From the NCBI GenBank assembly GCA_002633005.1, contig NMRA01000021.1, positions 753,685 through 817,684 on the forward strand: 64,000 nt of DNA. Reading direction: 5' to 3'. Position 1 is the stretch's first letter, and every line of letters begins with the position of its first letter. The position numbers were made by a program, and so were the translations under genes. Origin of the DNA: Phoronis australis. Taxonomy: Eukaryota > Animalia > Phoronida. Shown here piece after piece: positions 14,153-27,039 of the stretch. A model generated the notes under the pieces. The model did no database searches. It was not told the origin of the DNA and was given only the letters and a program-made list of their open reading frames with translations.

Positions 14153-14323
14153 TATTGAGTCCTTTCAGATGGTGTCATGACATTTCCAAAGACGTCCACA
14201 AGTTTCGGCTTTTTTGTTCTGTTACTGATGTTAGTACACTTCCCCGTAAACGTGCTGTACCACACAATCTCCTCTACCATGGTGTCGTCCTTTTCATTCG
14301 CACAAACTAAGCCGTGTCCGCAT
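14153..14323 (-). CDS. Perlustrin-like secreted single-IGFBP-domain protein, gene A, exon 2
   Basis: Acceptor ttcacttgcag|A, phase 2; encodes CGHGLVCANEKDDTMVEEIVWYSTFTGKCTNISNRTKKPKLVDVFGNVMTPSERTQ; ends TA|gtaagt. Confidence 0.9.
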
Positions 14324-15100
14324 CTGCAAGTGAACGCCAAGTGTCTGACTGACCACATCTCCGCCCCTTCATTACATGTTATAATGACTGCTTATAGACC
14401 TTTTGCGATATAAAAATCATGCAAGGGGGACTTTTTGTCCATTTCTTTTGTAGGCCCGTTTTAACATGTTACTGTACCTTAGGTTTGTAAGACCTCTTTT
14501 CAGGTTTCCACTTGCAGGACTGTAGACGTCATGCTAGGCAATGCTAAAAGATGGCATTCTTTCCTTTCTTTTGCTCAGTTTGAAAACCTACAAGTGTCCT
14601 GTTTTAACCTTAAAAGGTCCCTCGTAGAACGTTATTATACACCAGTCTTTGCTGATACAAGATAGTGTGTAAATAATAATCGCAGACAGAAATTGACGAA
14701 TACAGTACCGTGAGTCAGTGACTAAACGTACTTCCAGTCTACATAACAAGAGGACATTGCTTGGTGTTTACCAAGGTTACGTTCCATGGATCGGTAAGAA
14801 AAGCGCAAATACGAAAGATGACTAGACTCTGCGAGATATCGCCATACATTGCGTGCCTAACACGTGATTGTACTAGTTTTTTTTTCGCATTTTGTGCCAA
14901 CGCTACGCACTCCAGTGTTCCACAAACTCTTATTGAGTGTGCAGACGATAAAGTGAAGTTCTACAAAAGACGTGGAGGAGGATCTAATCTCCGACTCAAG
15001 AGTCAACACTAACCTCACGCGGCATGATTCGAGCCACAAACGTGTAAATTTACTCGGAGCTAGCCCAGCCAATGATCAAATTAAGTACTAGAATACAGGC

Positions 15101-15361
15101 CAATGGATCTGCTTCGTGAGTGTGACTTAGACAGGACTTAAGTCTTAAGCTCTCACTTCCCAAGTATTGAAAAAAGCTTTTAACCAAGTACTTACGAGAG
15201 CCTCACAGTCTAGAAAAAAACTTATGTTGCAGATATAAATTTAGTAATTAGGAGTTACGTGTATTTCCAAAGAATCTGTGCACTTTTGCTCAAGTGAGAT
15301 TTAATTATTTTGCTGAAATAGTCGTGTGAAACGTGAGACCCAATTTCTGAAACAAACCCTT
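15101..15361. mobile_element. PIF/Harbinger-like MITE (same family as 52346-52630)
   Basis: Shares GCACTTTTG.TCAAGTGAGA.TTA.TTATTT and the terminal GAAACAAACCC with the 52.3-52.6 kb copy. Confidence 0.55.
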
Positions 15362-15961
15362 GTATCGTCTATCTGCACTGAATTTCATTGAGGACTAACA
15401 CATTGGGCCTATAACCAACACAGCTAGTTTGTGTTTGTTAACAAAGGCGCCTTCTCCCACCCTTTTTCAGTGAGTCCAAGTTTATTGTAGTGTATCAGAA
15501 AGATTTCTGCGAGAACAGCGAGATCACGCAAGACCATGCAAAATCATGCGACTAAATGAACTCCAGGTACAAAATGGCCACCTCTGAAGTTATTGCTCGC
15601 CGGCGAGGCTTGACTGTTGAATCATGGGATAAAATTGCCGGTTTCAATTTGATAAGCACAGAATTCTCGCCGTCAGTGACCGCCCAGTGTCTTGCCTAAC
15701 AGAACCCAACCCCAGTTTCGGACACAAAGTCAATTAGCATTTGAGCGTGGAAAAGACCATTTGGTCAGATTTTGATGATAATAAGCTGATCAGAACGTTT
15801 ATTTCCACATTTCAAGGTATCCTCATTTTTGCATTCTTTCTGTTGGCATGCACATTTTTCAATGCATTGGTCTAAAGCAATGTTGGGCAGGGGTTCGACC
15901 CTATCTCTGTCAGAAATTCGTTCAATGGTATGAAATCAATTTTAAAATCAGCGCACATGTA

Positions 15962-16010
15962 AACAACGACGTTTCGGTTTATTAGCTTTAAACCATTCTC
16001 AAGACAAAAG
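15962..16010 (-). ncRNA. Penelope-type minimal hammerhead ribozyme-like motif (U3-A8 core variant)
   Basis: Minus strand: c-TTGAGAA-t-GGTTTA-aagctaa-TAAACC-GAAAC-GTC. Perfect 6-bp helix II and a GUC site, but helix I is poor. Confidence 0.5.
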
Positions 16011-17720
16011 TTCACGATACAGTTCTCATATTGGGTCCTGATAAGAACAAAAATATGATCAATAAAATGATATAGAAGAAATTAAAATAATTGGAATGAA
16101 ATTAAAATTTACTTTTTCATTGTCTTTTGGTAGCCTGCAATGTAACATTTTCTTGATTTTAGTTTTAGTGAACCTTGAATTAAAAATTCAGCAGGCAAAC
16201 GCGATTGCAATTGCCGAGAAAGGGTCATTGCAACAATCCAGAATTCCTCTTCAACTTTGGTTTTGTAGTAGCAGTCGGGTGCAATATCAAATGAGTTTAT
16301 ACTCAGGGTACTCAAACAAAAGGGGGTATAGCCGATATCACTGCCAAGTCAGAGAGCATTGAAAGGTAACCCAAACCCGATTACCATCACAAGACCTAAA
16401 GCTCTGGAGTAACAAGGTGTCAGGGGTCAGGCTATCCTCATCCAGGGCCATGGGTTCGACAGGAAGAGGAAATCTAATGACTGTGTAACTGAGGGGCGTG
16501 TTGTCTAATTTTGCCGATTGATCGATAGGTAGCGCTTGATGATACCAATGTGAACAAAAGCGACCATACAAAAAGAAACAACAGAATTAGATTTGTCATG
16601 CATAACTCTATTAAACGGACAACCGGAGATAAACAGTGCAAATTCTCGCGGTCAGTCCTGTGGAATCTCACTTGAATTTTACGGTAACAAAAATAAGTAC
16701 CCTTGATATCATCATTATCGCCAATCCTATTTTAATCCATTCCACACATTTTTTCCATTTTCAGAAGGATAGATTTCATCTTTTTAAACAGAGTTGTTAA
16801 GCTTTCGCGCATTAAGACAAAGGTTGTTGCCACAGCCAGTCAACAACTTCTCAAAAATACAAAATGGGCAAACCTTGCTCACTTGACAAATATCGGTTTG
16901 ATGTAATGAAAATTGATGAACGTTCTTACTAAAGAAGGCAGAAAAGATATGGAATTGGAATAGTGGATCTTCATAACCATCTTGTGTAAGTTAAATGATG
17001 TTTTTAAAACATATCCTTCCCAGTTACACCTATGGAAAATTTGTTACGTGTTAATTTAAATTTATAAGTGACGGCGTGTTCAGTTAGTTAAGGCACGTTT
17101 GCTTACAACTTCAATAACAGACGTGCTTCTGAAAAAACATTGGGAAACAACACTTTTGCAAAACAAAAAATATTGTTCAATAACCATTTTAATCAAAGAT
17201 GAAACCAACTACACTGAAATAAACTAAAATATGTCAATTTTAAAAACTCTAACGCAAGTAAAATTTCACCAGAGTCTATTGGTAACTAAAGTCTACGTAC
17301 CCCTGGGTTGTGTTTTAGCATAGACCCTGCATAGGTGAATCTTACCCGCATTGCCGATTTATGAAAGACGAGTGTTCTTTGGATACCGTATGGAAAGAAA
17401 ATTCTTCAACCCGAGTGGACTGAATAGACTAATATTTCAACCGTCACCGTGCGTGTCTTTCTGATTGCAGTCGACTGTGCCTCAGTTCACAACAAAAAGC
17501 ACTTCTCCACGGGCTGCAGAAACTCGAGCCTCACTTTCAGCACAAAACGAAGAAGTGCTGCGACAGGCAGCTCCTAGACTAGATATGATGAACCACACAT
17601 CATTCTTATCGACGACCGTTTTACTGCGCTGACAAGTTTTTTTCTGAGCAGTGGGCAGTGGCATTGGCACGTTTAGTCAACCATTCAGTTGGTTCTTAGG
17701 GATACTATTTAACACTTTAC

Positions 17721-17920
17721 CTGGCCTCAGTAGCACCGCACGGATCGCCCTCTTCACCTGCGCACACTCTGCAACAAGCACACAAAGGTCCCCAGACGTC
17801 CTCACATCCCGGTTTCAACGCAGGGCACTTTTGCGTTTGGGTTTTACTACATTCACACGTCAGGGCGTCTGTACCTGACAGTGCCAAGGCGGCCAAAAGT
17901 AAAATAAGGTAGAACTGCAT
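17721..17920 (-). CDS. Perlustrin-like secreted single-IGFBP-domain protein, gene A, exon 1 (signal peptide plus IGFBP N-domain); spliced product 123 aa
   Basis: MQFYLILLLAALALSGTDA-LTCECSKTQTQKCPALKPGCEDVWGPLCACCRVCAGEEGDPCGATEAR; CxCCxxC IGFBP motif; donor AG|gtaaag in phase 2 matches exon 2; 12 Cys in the spliced mature domain. Confidence 0.92.
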
Positions 17921-18012
17921 TACCTCGGTCTAAAGCAATGGCTGGATGTTAGACCGTTACGTTACGTCTTAGACAGAATTAATATCAATGTAGGAAATTG
18001 TTATAGAGGTGA

Positions 18013-18056
18013 TTTCATATAGCCGGGTGTGGTTGTAATTTCTAGTAATGGCCGTA
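18013..18056 (-). promoter_or_regulatory. Gene A core promoter: TATA-like TATATGAAA plus paralogue-conserved TGTAATT-N6-AATRGCCRTA motif
   Basis: TATA-like element at 18021-18013; the motif occurs with identical spacing upstream of genes B and C. Confidence 0.55.
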
Positions 18057-19023
18057 TATTAATAATGACATTGTAATTAAAGATCTTACATTCTAATGCT
18101 TGTTATCGAGATCTTTAAAATGATAATTCTAATTAATTAAGACAACTTGGAACCATTTTAAATGTAGGGGGGTTACATAAACATTAGTTTAAAAAGTGTA
18201 GAATACGCAATATTGGGACATTTTTAGACCACGAAATAAAAATAGCACGAGAGATTTCTTAAATTCGGTCACGCATCCATGTTCTATCAATAAACACACT
18301 TTTCAATGTCCACAGCCCCGCATTCTGGCTTGAAGAAGCACTTGCGTGACACCCGCTTTCAACAGTACAAAAGTTGCTCCAAATTTATCTACCCTGTCCA
18401 GTGATGGATGTTACGAATCTTTGTATCATTTTCATTTTTGAGACTCTGTGTATCACTTCCTAATCCCATTATGTGTTTTCCCTCATTGCATGCAATCTAC
18501 CTGTTTCTGATATTGGAAATTTGTTGTTTTCGGTGTTCAAAAACATGTTATTTCTTCATGAACCTTTGAAAGCCCATAAGTAAAGATTTAAGAGGTCAAT
18601 GCAATAAGTGGAAAATCTAGAGTGATTTTTGATTCCCTCGATTTCTCATGGAATTGCTCTTACTTACTTTCTTGTGAACATGATGGCATCTGCTACCCAG
18701 TGTCATCGTCAGATAGGAGTCCATCTTCATCGACCTTGTCCTAGAACCCTCTCTGATGGTAGGTCTGTGAAGGCTGATCAGACTACCAGCCAACGCTGGG
18801 GTTGCTATTTGCTCTCTCGTTGTAACCACAGCCACACGGTTGATTCCTCTGCTGCTCTTATTGTAGACTACCAAAAAGCTTCATTATTCGCTAAATGCTG
18901 CATGCAATAAACCCTCGGCATCCAAATTCTATGGAAAGACAGTTCTAAGCACTTCCAGCCATTCGCTGCACATTCCTGAGATAGCTTTTTGTACTTGAAT
19001 AGTTTTCTCTCGTGAGCCTCCTT

Positions 19024-19458
19024 TGCCTAGTTGCATGAAACAGTCCCAAAAAGGGACTCAACTTAGTTTCCTAAATCTACTGCGTATTTGTGAAAACACC
19101 AATTGTCCTTTCGTCTGCTGTTTTAGTTTCATTACATGTACTTAGTCAACTTTTGGCTTTGATACAAATCGAGAGTGAACTCAACATATAATTCGCGATA
19201 TTATCGAAACTACTTTGGGATCTTTTCATTCAAAGCTCCTAACTTAAGGACTAAGTCCCTATTTATTTTCATTGAATTCAAGGCTCAGTTTTTTATTATT
19301 ATCAGAAATTGTCATAAGTCGATGAGGAGGTCATAATAAAGATGAAATGACAGAAAAAAATTACATGTGTGAGTATTACTAAACAAAGACACAGATAGGC
19401 AAAAGATTTAGGGAACTTTGTCGAGTCCCTATTTGGGACTGTTTCATGCAACCCGGCA
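19024..19458. mobile_element. ~435-bp MITE with ~55-bp TIRs (PIF/Harbinger-like)
   Basis: TGCCTAGTTGCATGAAACAGTCCCAAAAAGGGACTC...CCTAAATCT versus reverse complement of the right end TGCCGGGTTGCATGAAACAGTCCCAAATAGGGACTC...CCTAAATCT. Confidence 0.85.
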
Positions 19459-20599
19459 CTGCATCCTAGTCTCCCAGGGCACAGTTGACTGAATCAGAAT
19501 CACAATTTTTAGTTATCTGACCACAGCACTGGTCTCAACTGGGTAACTGCTATATGACTCGGGAATGAACCCCTATTTACCATACCCTCCACGATTTTCC
19601 AGTCAGCAGCCAGAACACCAGAATCGCACTTCCTAGTGGATCCTCCGCGTTTGTGGAATAATATCGTCTTTGATTTTATCAATTGCTAAACAATGCTGTT
19701 TTATTATTTGTCGCTATGCCCAGCGTGGAAGTGTTATTTGTTGTCGTTTCTATTGTTTTTACATAAGTCACAATACATGTCATTATTTGACTATTCGGTT
19801 CTTGTTTTACTCTGCAACGTACCTCGTCGCATACTCCTGGTAAAATGGATTCCGATAAAAATTCAATTTCTATATGCTTCTGTATTGAATAGTCGCATCC
19901 TCTTTTGTAGATGTAGAAATACGCATACTCTCATAGACTTAGATTCCGAATGGTCGTACCGCTTAACTTATCTGAGCTGAGTCGAGAAAGAAAAGACTGA
20001 TACTTCCAGCTTAGTCATTATTCTGATGCTAGCATTTCAACCTACTGTGCAATGAGTAAAGCCAAAGACTGGGGTAAGTTCTTTAGACGTAACAATTTCG
20101 CTAGGAAGCTAGTACTATCAGGTGCTTCGCATGTAATACATGCGCGATCTTACATTTTTGCGAGGATCTCGCTTTTATGCCTGTGCTAGCCTTAAAATGG
20201 CGAATTGTTGTAATAGTTCTCTGTATAATAGCGATCAGGACGGCAGCAGATTTTCACTGTGGTACTTTTGTCGTAATAACGCGCTCAGAGTGTTTTAGTA
20301 TTTCGGGATGTGGTTATTCGCCCAACTGAACAAAGAAAAGTTTGTTACGAAACTAATTTTCGATCATTTGTCTGTAGCATAGTCACCTGAAAACAGAATC
20401 TAAATGCATTTGCAGCTTTAATTAAAGGGTAAGAAAGTTTCAAATCCAAACTGTCGGTATATTCAGCTTGATGAAGTGATTAGAATTTAGACTTCAAGGC
20501 AATAGGATAGATTAAACCAAGAACTTCATATTAAGTTCCACTCAACTATTTCAGAAAAGCGATTTCCCCTCACCTCAGTAAAAGCTTATGCTCTATGAA

Positions 20600-20960
20600 A
20601 ATATACCGCCAAATTCGTACATTTTCTATGAACGAAATCTGTGATCTTGCGCATAAGCCGTGACGTCACTATTCACTAGCGACAAACAGCAAAAGTTTTA
20701 CTTCCGGCATGTCCATCGTCTGCTAATCATGGTCGGCTGTTGTGCGGTCGGGTGCCAAAAAGTACTCACGATACCAACAGTTGTATTATTGGAAGACTTT
20801 GAACAGCGTTTCAATGCCGAAATTGTTTTTTCTTTCGTAGTGCTGGACAGTAAAATAGAGGCAAGAATTTCCCGTCACAATACACTAACCGGAAACTGAA
20901 ATTGGTAATTTAGGAGAGAAGCGCCTCCTCTAGGATACTACGCAAGGAAATGTCGGAGTT
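20600..20960 (+). mobile_element. Non-autonomous THAP-type (P-like) element fragment
   Basis: The MVGCCAVGCQ start (20729) and upstream ACGAAATCTGTGA.CTTGCGCA.AAGCC match the element at 40264-41086. Its continuation matches ~38250-38315 in reverse. Confidence 0.55.
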
Positions 20961-21724
20961 GCGAGTCTGTTGTCTATAATCTATGTTGTCATTGATAGTG
21001 GCTCTGACTTTATGCGTTAACAACTGCATGAAAAAAAATCGGTAATTATGAAGTAGGACCGTAGTACGTCGAAGCGCCAATGAAGCCTACCTGCATCACC
21101 ATGCAAACCCAGCTTTTGATTTAGATCACTTACCGTTGGTTTCAATTTGTTCTTAGTCAAATTCAAGGGGATTTCAGGGCTTTGCCAGAGATGAGAGATC
21201 GCCATTGCCCAAGTCCAGGTTTTACGAGTTGTCTAGTTCCAGTGTCACATCGTGTCATTTTATGCGCCGAGTATGCATGGCGCTGATCAGCGTCATCTTG
21301 GGGCTTGGGGACGAGGCTGAGTTCACATATATGTGCTCGAAACACGTTGAGACCAATTAGGTAGTGATAAGTGGTTTAAATAAGAAGCCGCTTTATGTCG
21401 CTTTCCATGAAAAAAACTCTGAACTCAAACATTAGCGTTCAGTGAGTGCTAGAATCTTGCGGGTTGTCGCACGGTATTGCCACGCATTATAAAAGATGCC
21501 TGTGACCGTATTATTATGCAAATTTTCACTTGCCCGTGACCTTTGACCTCAAGGTATTGTAAGAGCTAGTACTACAACTGGACCTGCTTAACCTTGAAGT
21601 GAAATTATTTTTTCAACAGTCATTACTTTTCAAAATTTTTCAAAGCTATCGTCATATCGACTGAATTTTAGTACTGATAAGACTAGATGAAACTTGAGAA
21701 ATGTCATTTACGTCAGTAACACCA

Positions 21725-21900
21725 ACAAGCCGACTGAGTACTGAAATGTACCCTCGTGGTGATGTCGGAACTAATGCGATAACTTTTTTGTCAGTTTTCT
21801 GAAACCTCTATCTACACACAGTGATGTCATGCGTCGGAGTGTGCAGGGAGATGATGCGACACGACTTATCAAGCTAAAAAGTCCGGCGTAGCCGGCAATT
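21725..21900 (+). mobile_element. Short Helentron/HINE-like element
   Basis: Starts AACAAG and ends with the hairpin CCGGC-GTA-GCCGG followed by CAATT; absent from duplicate unit A. Confidence 0.4.
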
Positions 21901-23213
21901 ACAGTATGTAGACAGTAGACCAAAGTCGTTTAGGAAATCGTAGACGGGGTTTAACGAGCATTACACTAAAATCCCTATAACGCTATATTACCCCCACCAC
22001 TAACATCGCTGACCACTATTACTACCACCAATACACGAAGACCCAATATCATATGCAAATTCTATCCACATTCAACTGTCCACTTAGTGAGACTCTCGGA
22101 AGGTGCTTTTGCTAAGGGCCATCTCAAACGGATAGTAACGAGCCACGCCATACTGAATTTCAATAATCCGCCAGACGGCGATCAGGCCTTTGGTGGAGTA
22201 GCGTTCAGTGCGCTTACAGATCACATGTAATGCAGACGACAGGAGGTTTCAACCTTGGCTACTGGTATACAATAAAAAAACTTTTTAAAACACATTCAGT
22301 GACATTACAATGCCGGAAAATTTCCACTGTTGTGTTATGTGCCAGGGCTTTATCAAAAAGACAAACCTTTTAAAATATTCATGGATGAACAAGGACAACT
22401 CATCAATACATTTCCCACTGCAAAAATATTGTTGTGACAAAGCCAGTGGCTGCGACTGATAAAGCGCCAGAATTTTGATCCCAGCTGATGTCAAAAAGCT
22501 AAGATAAATTATTGAGCTTATCAAACAACGGTGGGACTGACAGTGGAATTCATTTCTCTGCAATTAAATTTCATGCACTTTCATGCTCTCATGACTCTAG
22601 AGAGCGACAACGTGAAAAGTCGCTTATTGCATTTTCACACTTAGTTGGCATGGGCTGTCAGCTTAGCTATGATTCACTGCAGCCTGTAGGTAACCGTGTG
22701 AGGGGGCCCTATTGGGCATGCGTGGAGGTCGTGGAAGTAGGCGTGTGAGGTTTCTCGCGAGTTTTGCTAGGCCACGCTTTTCTTCGCGAGAAATCACCAG
22801 ACTTTACGAACCGCCGATATAGGTGATCGCAATAACTTTCATTGGCGTCAGGATTTACGAAAATACCTAATTTTTGATACATAATGTCTACAAATTATAC
22901 GAATTTAAATGTACATAGTGACAAACACTGGCATCAGAAGTTACTTCACTGGATGCTGCAACTAATGACAGTAACGCTTTCACATACAAAAGTTTGTCCA
23001 AAATGTGTTCAGAGCGGCATACTGAAATAAATTGCTGCCTGTGTGCGTGCTTATGTCATGTGCGAAGAAACAAAAACGACGACCATTATAATATCTTCGT
23101 CTATTAAGAAAGCGTACACTAAATAGGTGATACCGCTAAATTCATCAATTATTTTTGATTGTTATGAAAACAAGTTTTAGTCGTTAAATGGGTTTCCTGT
23201 CCAACGTTTTCGT

Positions 23214-23224
23214 TCACGCCACAC
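23214..23224 (-). CDS. IGFBP-like gene B exon 3 coding part (G-V-A-stop); 3'UTR continues to ~22.8 kb
   Basis: Acceptor ttttattgtgttttcag|GT GTG GCG TGA; phase 1 matches the exon 2 donor. Confidence 0.75.
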
Positions 23225-23874
23225 CTGAAAACACAATAAAAATAAATTATTGAAAAACGACTACAACAATGACCGAGTCTTTCAACGTCCATTATCCCTG
23301 ATGGCATGTAATCTGCTCACAAACAAATTCCAGCCGGTCTTGTCAACTTTTTTCAGAGCTCAGTATGAACCACCTTTGGTGACACTTTTGATACACAAAC
23401 CAAACACAAAGATATCCACAAAATGTTGAAAACCCAACAGCTCACTTAGAAAACACCAGTCTACTACAGCACATTCAAGCTATTCACTCACGGACGATCA
23501 ACCAGGGACAAACTCTCCCCCAGAGCTGTATGGCGGCCCGTGCCTGCCAATCTCTCCTATTTATGAGAGTTAACCCTCGGACTAACGCATGGCGGAGTTC
23601 TTTGAATGTTGTGGAGAAGGACACGGAGCTCAGCTCAATTGCAGGATCCAGTTGGAAAACCTACGAAGATCAGCATTTGACTAAATAATGCCGTCATCTG
23701 TCAGAGGTAGACGTTGTAAAATAGCAACATATGGAGTGGTCAGTTTTGGGTTAAATATTCCTAGGCCTTTAAATTTATTTCAGAAACCCACAAATTAAAT
23801 CAAATTTTGCAAGGATGAAATCGTAGATGAAGTCGCTGACCATAGGTTTCCAGTAACCTATAAAGTCGCCTTAC

Positions 23875-24041
23875 CATCAAGTAATTCTAATAGGTTGACT
23901 CTTCCAAAGGCGTCTGCAAGTTTCGGCATTTTAGTCCTGTTACTGATGTCTGTACACTTTCCTGTGAACGTGCTGTACCACACAAACTCCTTTGCCATTG
24001 TATCGTCCCTTTTATTGAAGCAAACAAGGCCGTCTCGGCAT
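23875..24041 (-). CDS. Perlustrin-like single-IGFBP-domain protein, gene B, exon 2
   Basis: Acceptor tacttgcag|A; encodes CRDGLVCFNKRDDTMAKEFVWYSTFTGKCTDISNRTKMPKLADAFGRVNLLELLD; donor G|gtaagg. Confidence 0.9.
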
Positions 24042-25229
24042 CTGCAAGTACGCGCCAATATCACAGATAACTGCTTTACACGTATACAGAGCAAGCCACG
24101 TGATCACATCGTGGTGTTTCTTTACAGAAGTTTACAATTACCTCCAAGTTCGTGTACCAGTTCGGTAAAACTCAGACAAGACATTTGTTTTGAGGTCCTC
24201 GAGGACAGGGCACTGATAAATAAAACGTATCTCGTCCTCTGCCGCTCACATTGCTAATTTCAGAATTCTTTCACCTCTGAGTACATTGTGATGATGACAC
24301 ACAGGTTTACTTCTATAGAAATGCTTCTTGAGTGTTTAAGCACCGAAGTTAAACACTCTTCACAATTTGCACTTGTGACAGATTTGTAATTGACTGGTGT
24401 ACTTTGTCAGTTTGGTAATGCATTTCTGTTTACGACTTCCATAAAAGTATAAATTGTTTTATATCTTAGTTCCAAATTTCACAACCTCTTATAAATTCAG
24501 AAATCAGTTTTCAATTGGCATTTTAATGTGAAAAATAGAAAACGTGTGTGGATGTATTGCCTACGGTATTACTCTTTATGGACATAAAATTACATTGTTT
24601 TCAAATACGAAGATGTTCTATCCAATTTGCAGAATTATCCAAATTTTAAAATTTAATTCCATTGAAAGTTTAAAGAGTTTCCACCATGACCATGTGTCTC
24701 AAAAATGTTAATACATCTTAAGCGATTTAATAACCTTTAGTATACCTGTTGTTAAGAAGTCACCCAAAAATTTTTAAAATAATATTTTTCTGTTATCGGG
24801 GCTGTACGTAATATGTGGAAGACTGTTTCAGCCACTGTTGGTTTACCAGTGCAATACAATAAGGAGTTGTGAGGAAAGTCCGCGGAGAGCCGCCTTTAAC
24901 AGACATGTAGAGGCTGTATTTAGTAACAGCAACTTGACCAGGAATGTCTCTATGTTCAAATTAGCTAAAGACGTAAAAGTTGCAGAGAAAAGGCATCGGT
25001 TTGGGCTCTGAAAGAGAATGTGGAATGTCAGCCTTTGTTTGTCACATTTCAAGGAATCGTGTTTCGACCAAACACAAAAGCGGCGTTACGATGAAAGAGC
25101 CGACACCATTTGCAAATAATATGAATAACGAACAAACTAGTTCCATTATAGGGTGAGTGATACCAGGCCCTCATCCTCGGCCCAGATCGAGTCCAACTAC
25201 ACGTAGGCTTATGCAATGTGTTTAGACCG

Positions 25230-25465
25230 CAGAGGCAGATCTACGGGGCGGGTTCAGGGGGTTCAAACCTCCCCTATCGGGACAGGATCAAAAATAAGTG
25301 TTAAAAGAAATGTCGCCAGGAAAACAGAATCAGCAACTAAAAACAAACAAAAAAATGTTACACGAGAGGGGAAGAGCCCCTCCCGACCTTCCCTCGGCTC
25401 GACGCTACGCGCCTCGGATTCTCGCGAATCCTAACCCCCATTACTGAAAACGGAGACTGCCACTG
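25230..25465. mobile_element. hAT-like MITE
   Basis: Termini CAGAGGCAGATCT...AGACTGCCACTG with G/C-rich subterminal tracts; no clean TSD. Confidence 0.55.
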
Positions 25466-26585
25466 GATCGTGCTCATACCATCATGGCAATAGCGAATAC
25501 GAATGAGTCAGGTTTACTGTGGCCTTTGTCAGTGATTATTGAGTGTCTATTTTGCTTAATAGTTGTCCAGTTCTGGCTCAAAATAATGCTCGTTTTCTGA
25601 TCTGCTGTGTTCCGCCATTGCAATTTATTGTCAAGTGACCAAACGTCTTCCACCCATTGCATCATTTGGCGGGAAACATGGAAATGAATTATTTTTCTTC
25701 AAAATAAAAAATCTCGAATATTTGGTATAAAAAGTGTTCACTTAGTTAGTTTTTAAGGTATTCATTTCATATTAGCTAACTGAAACCTCGAAAATTACAA
25801 AAATGTGTTGTGGGAACTATTCAAACACAGAGACATTTACTTTTTTAAACTACGATAGTTTGTGAAATCAAAAACATCAAAACAAAATTCACCTCCCCTC
25901 CCCAAATGGCTGTAGTTTTATACACCTTCTTCGCACCACGACTGCTGTGTTGTCTAACAAGGGTATCAGACGGTAACATATTACAGAGGTGCCTCTGAAA
26001 AACCCTTAGAAACAACGCTTTTGAAAAGTAAAGCGCATTTATTTTTCAACCACCATTATAATCTAACGTAAGATCAAATACACTGAAGGCAACTAATAAA
26101 AAAATGTCAAATTTAAGAAACCTAAAGAATCTTTGGGCCTTAAAGAAGTAGAATTTCACCTGAGTCTAAATGTAACTTAAGTCTGCGTACACCAGGGTTG
26201 TGTTTTAGCACAGGCCCTGTGTAATTGAATCTTGCCCGCTTTGCCGCTTTATGATAGACGAGTGCCCATTCGATGCTATACAGAAAGAAAACTTTTAACT
26301 CGAGTGGACACTTTGACATTCGTCTTACACAACTTTCTGATTGCAAACGACTGTGCACAAAATACCTCAGGCCAGAACGAAACGTAAAGGTGCTTCGCCT
26401 CTTGCTGGAGAAACTTGAAGTTCACTTTCAGCACAAAACGAAAAACAGCTGCATCAGCCAGTTTCTGGACCACAAGGAGGACCACACGTCATCCTAAGCG
26501 AGGACCGTTCTACTGCCAAGTTCAAATGTATCTGAGCAGTGACAATGACACGTTCAGTCAACATAACAGTTGGTTCATACTTTAC

Positions 26586-26779
26586 CTGGCCTCATGAGCG
26601 CTGCATGGATCACCCTCTTCCCCCGCGCACACTTTACAGCAAGCACACAAGGGTCCCCAGACGACCTGACATCCCGGTCTCAACGCAGGGCATTTTTGCG
26701 TTTTTCTACAATTACATGACAGGGCGTCTGTACCAGGCAGTGCCACGGCGGCCAAAAGTAAAATAAAGTAGAACTGCAT
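26586..26779 (-). CDS. Perlustrin-like single-IGFBP-domain protein, gene B, exon 1; spliced product 123 aa
   Basis: MQFYFILLLAAVALPGTDA-LSCNCRKTQKCPALRPGCQVVWGPLCACCKVCAGEEGDPCSAHEAR; donor AG|gtaaag, phase 2. Confidence 0.92.
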
Positions 26780-26866
26780 TACACCAGTGTGAAGCAATAT
26801 CGAGATATTGTACCGTTGCAGCTTAGACAAAATGGATTTTAATGTAGGAAACTGTTTCGGAGATGG

Positions 26867-26955
26867 TTTTATATAGAATGTTGTTCAAATTAGCTAATAA
26901 CATAATAGCAGGTGTGGTAGGCAGGGTGTGATTGTAATTTCTCGTAATAGCCATA
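26867..26955 (-). promoter_or_regulatory. Gene B core promoter: TATATAAAA plus conserved TGTAATT-N6-AATAGCCATA motif
   Basis: TATA at 26875-26867, about 90 bp upstream of the ATG; motif at 26933-26955. Confidence 0.6.
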
Positions 26956-27039
26956 AATTAATAATTAAGTTGTAATTAAAAAGATCTTGTTATCGAGGTC
27001 CAATTATGTCAGGAATCTAGTATATATAAGGGTGGTGCC

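Larger units (their letters stand above)
10800..27000. repeat. Segmental tandem duplication of the IGFBP-like gene unit (unit A ~10800-18120, unit B ~20100-27000)
   Basis: Collinear similarity in the downstream flank (GGACGGCAGCAGA at ~10897/20238), 3'UTR, both introns, exons and promoter. Confidence 0.85.
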
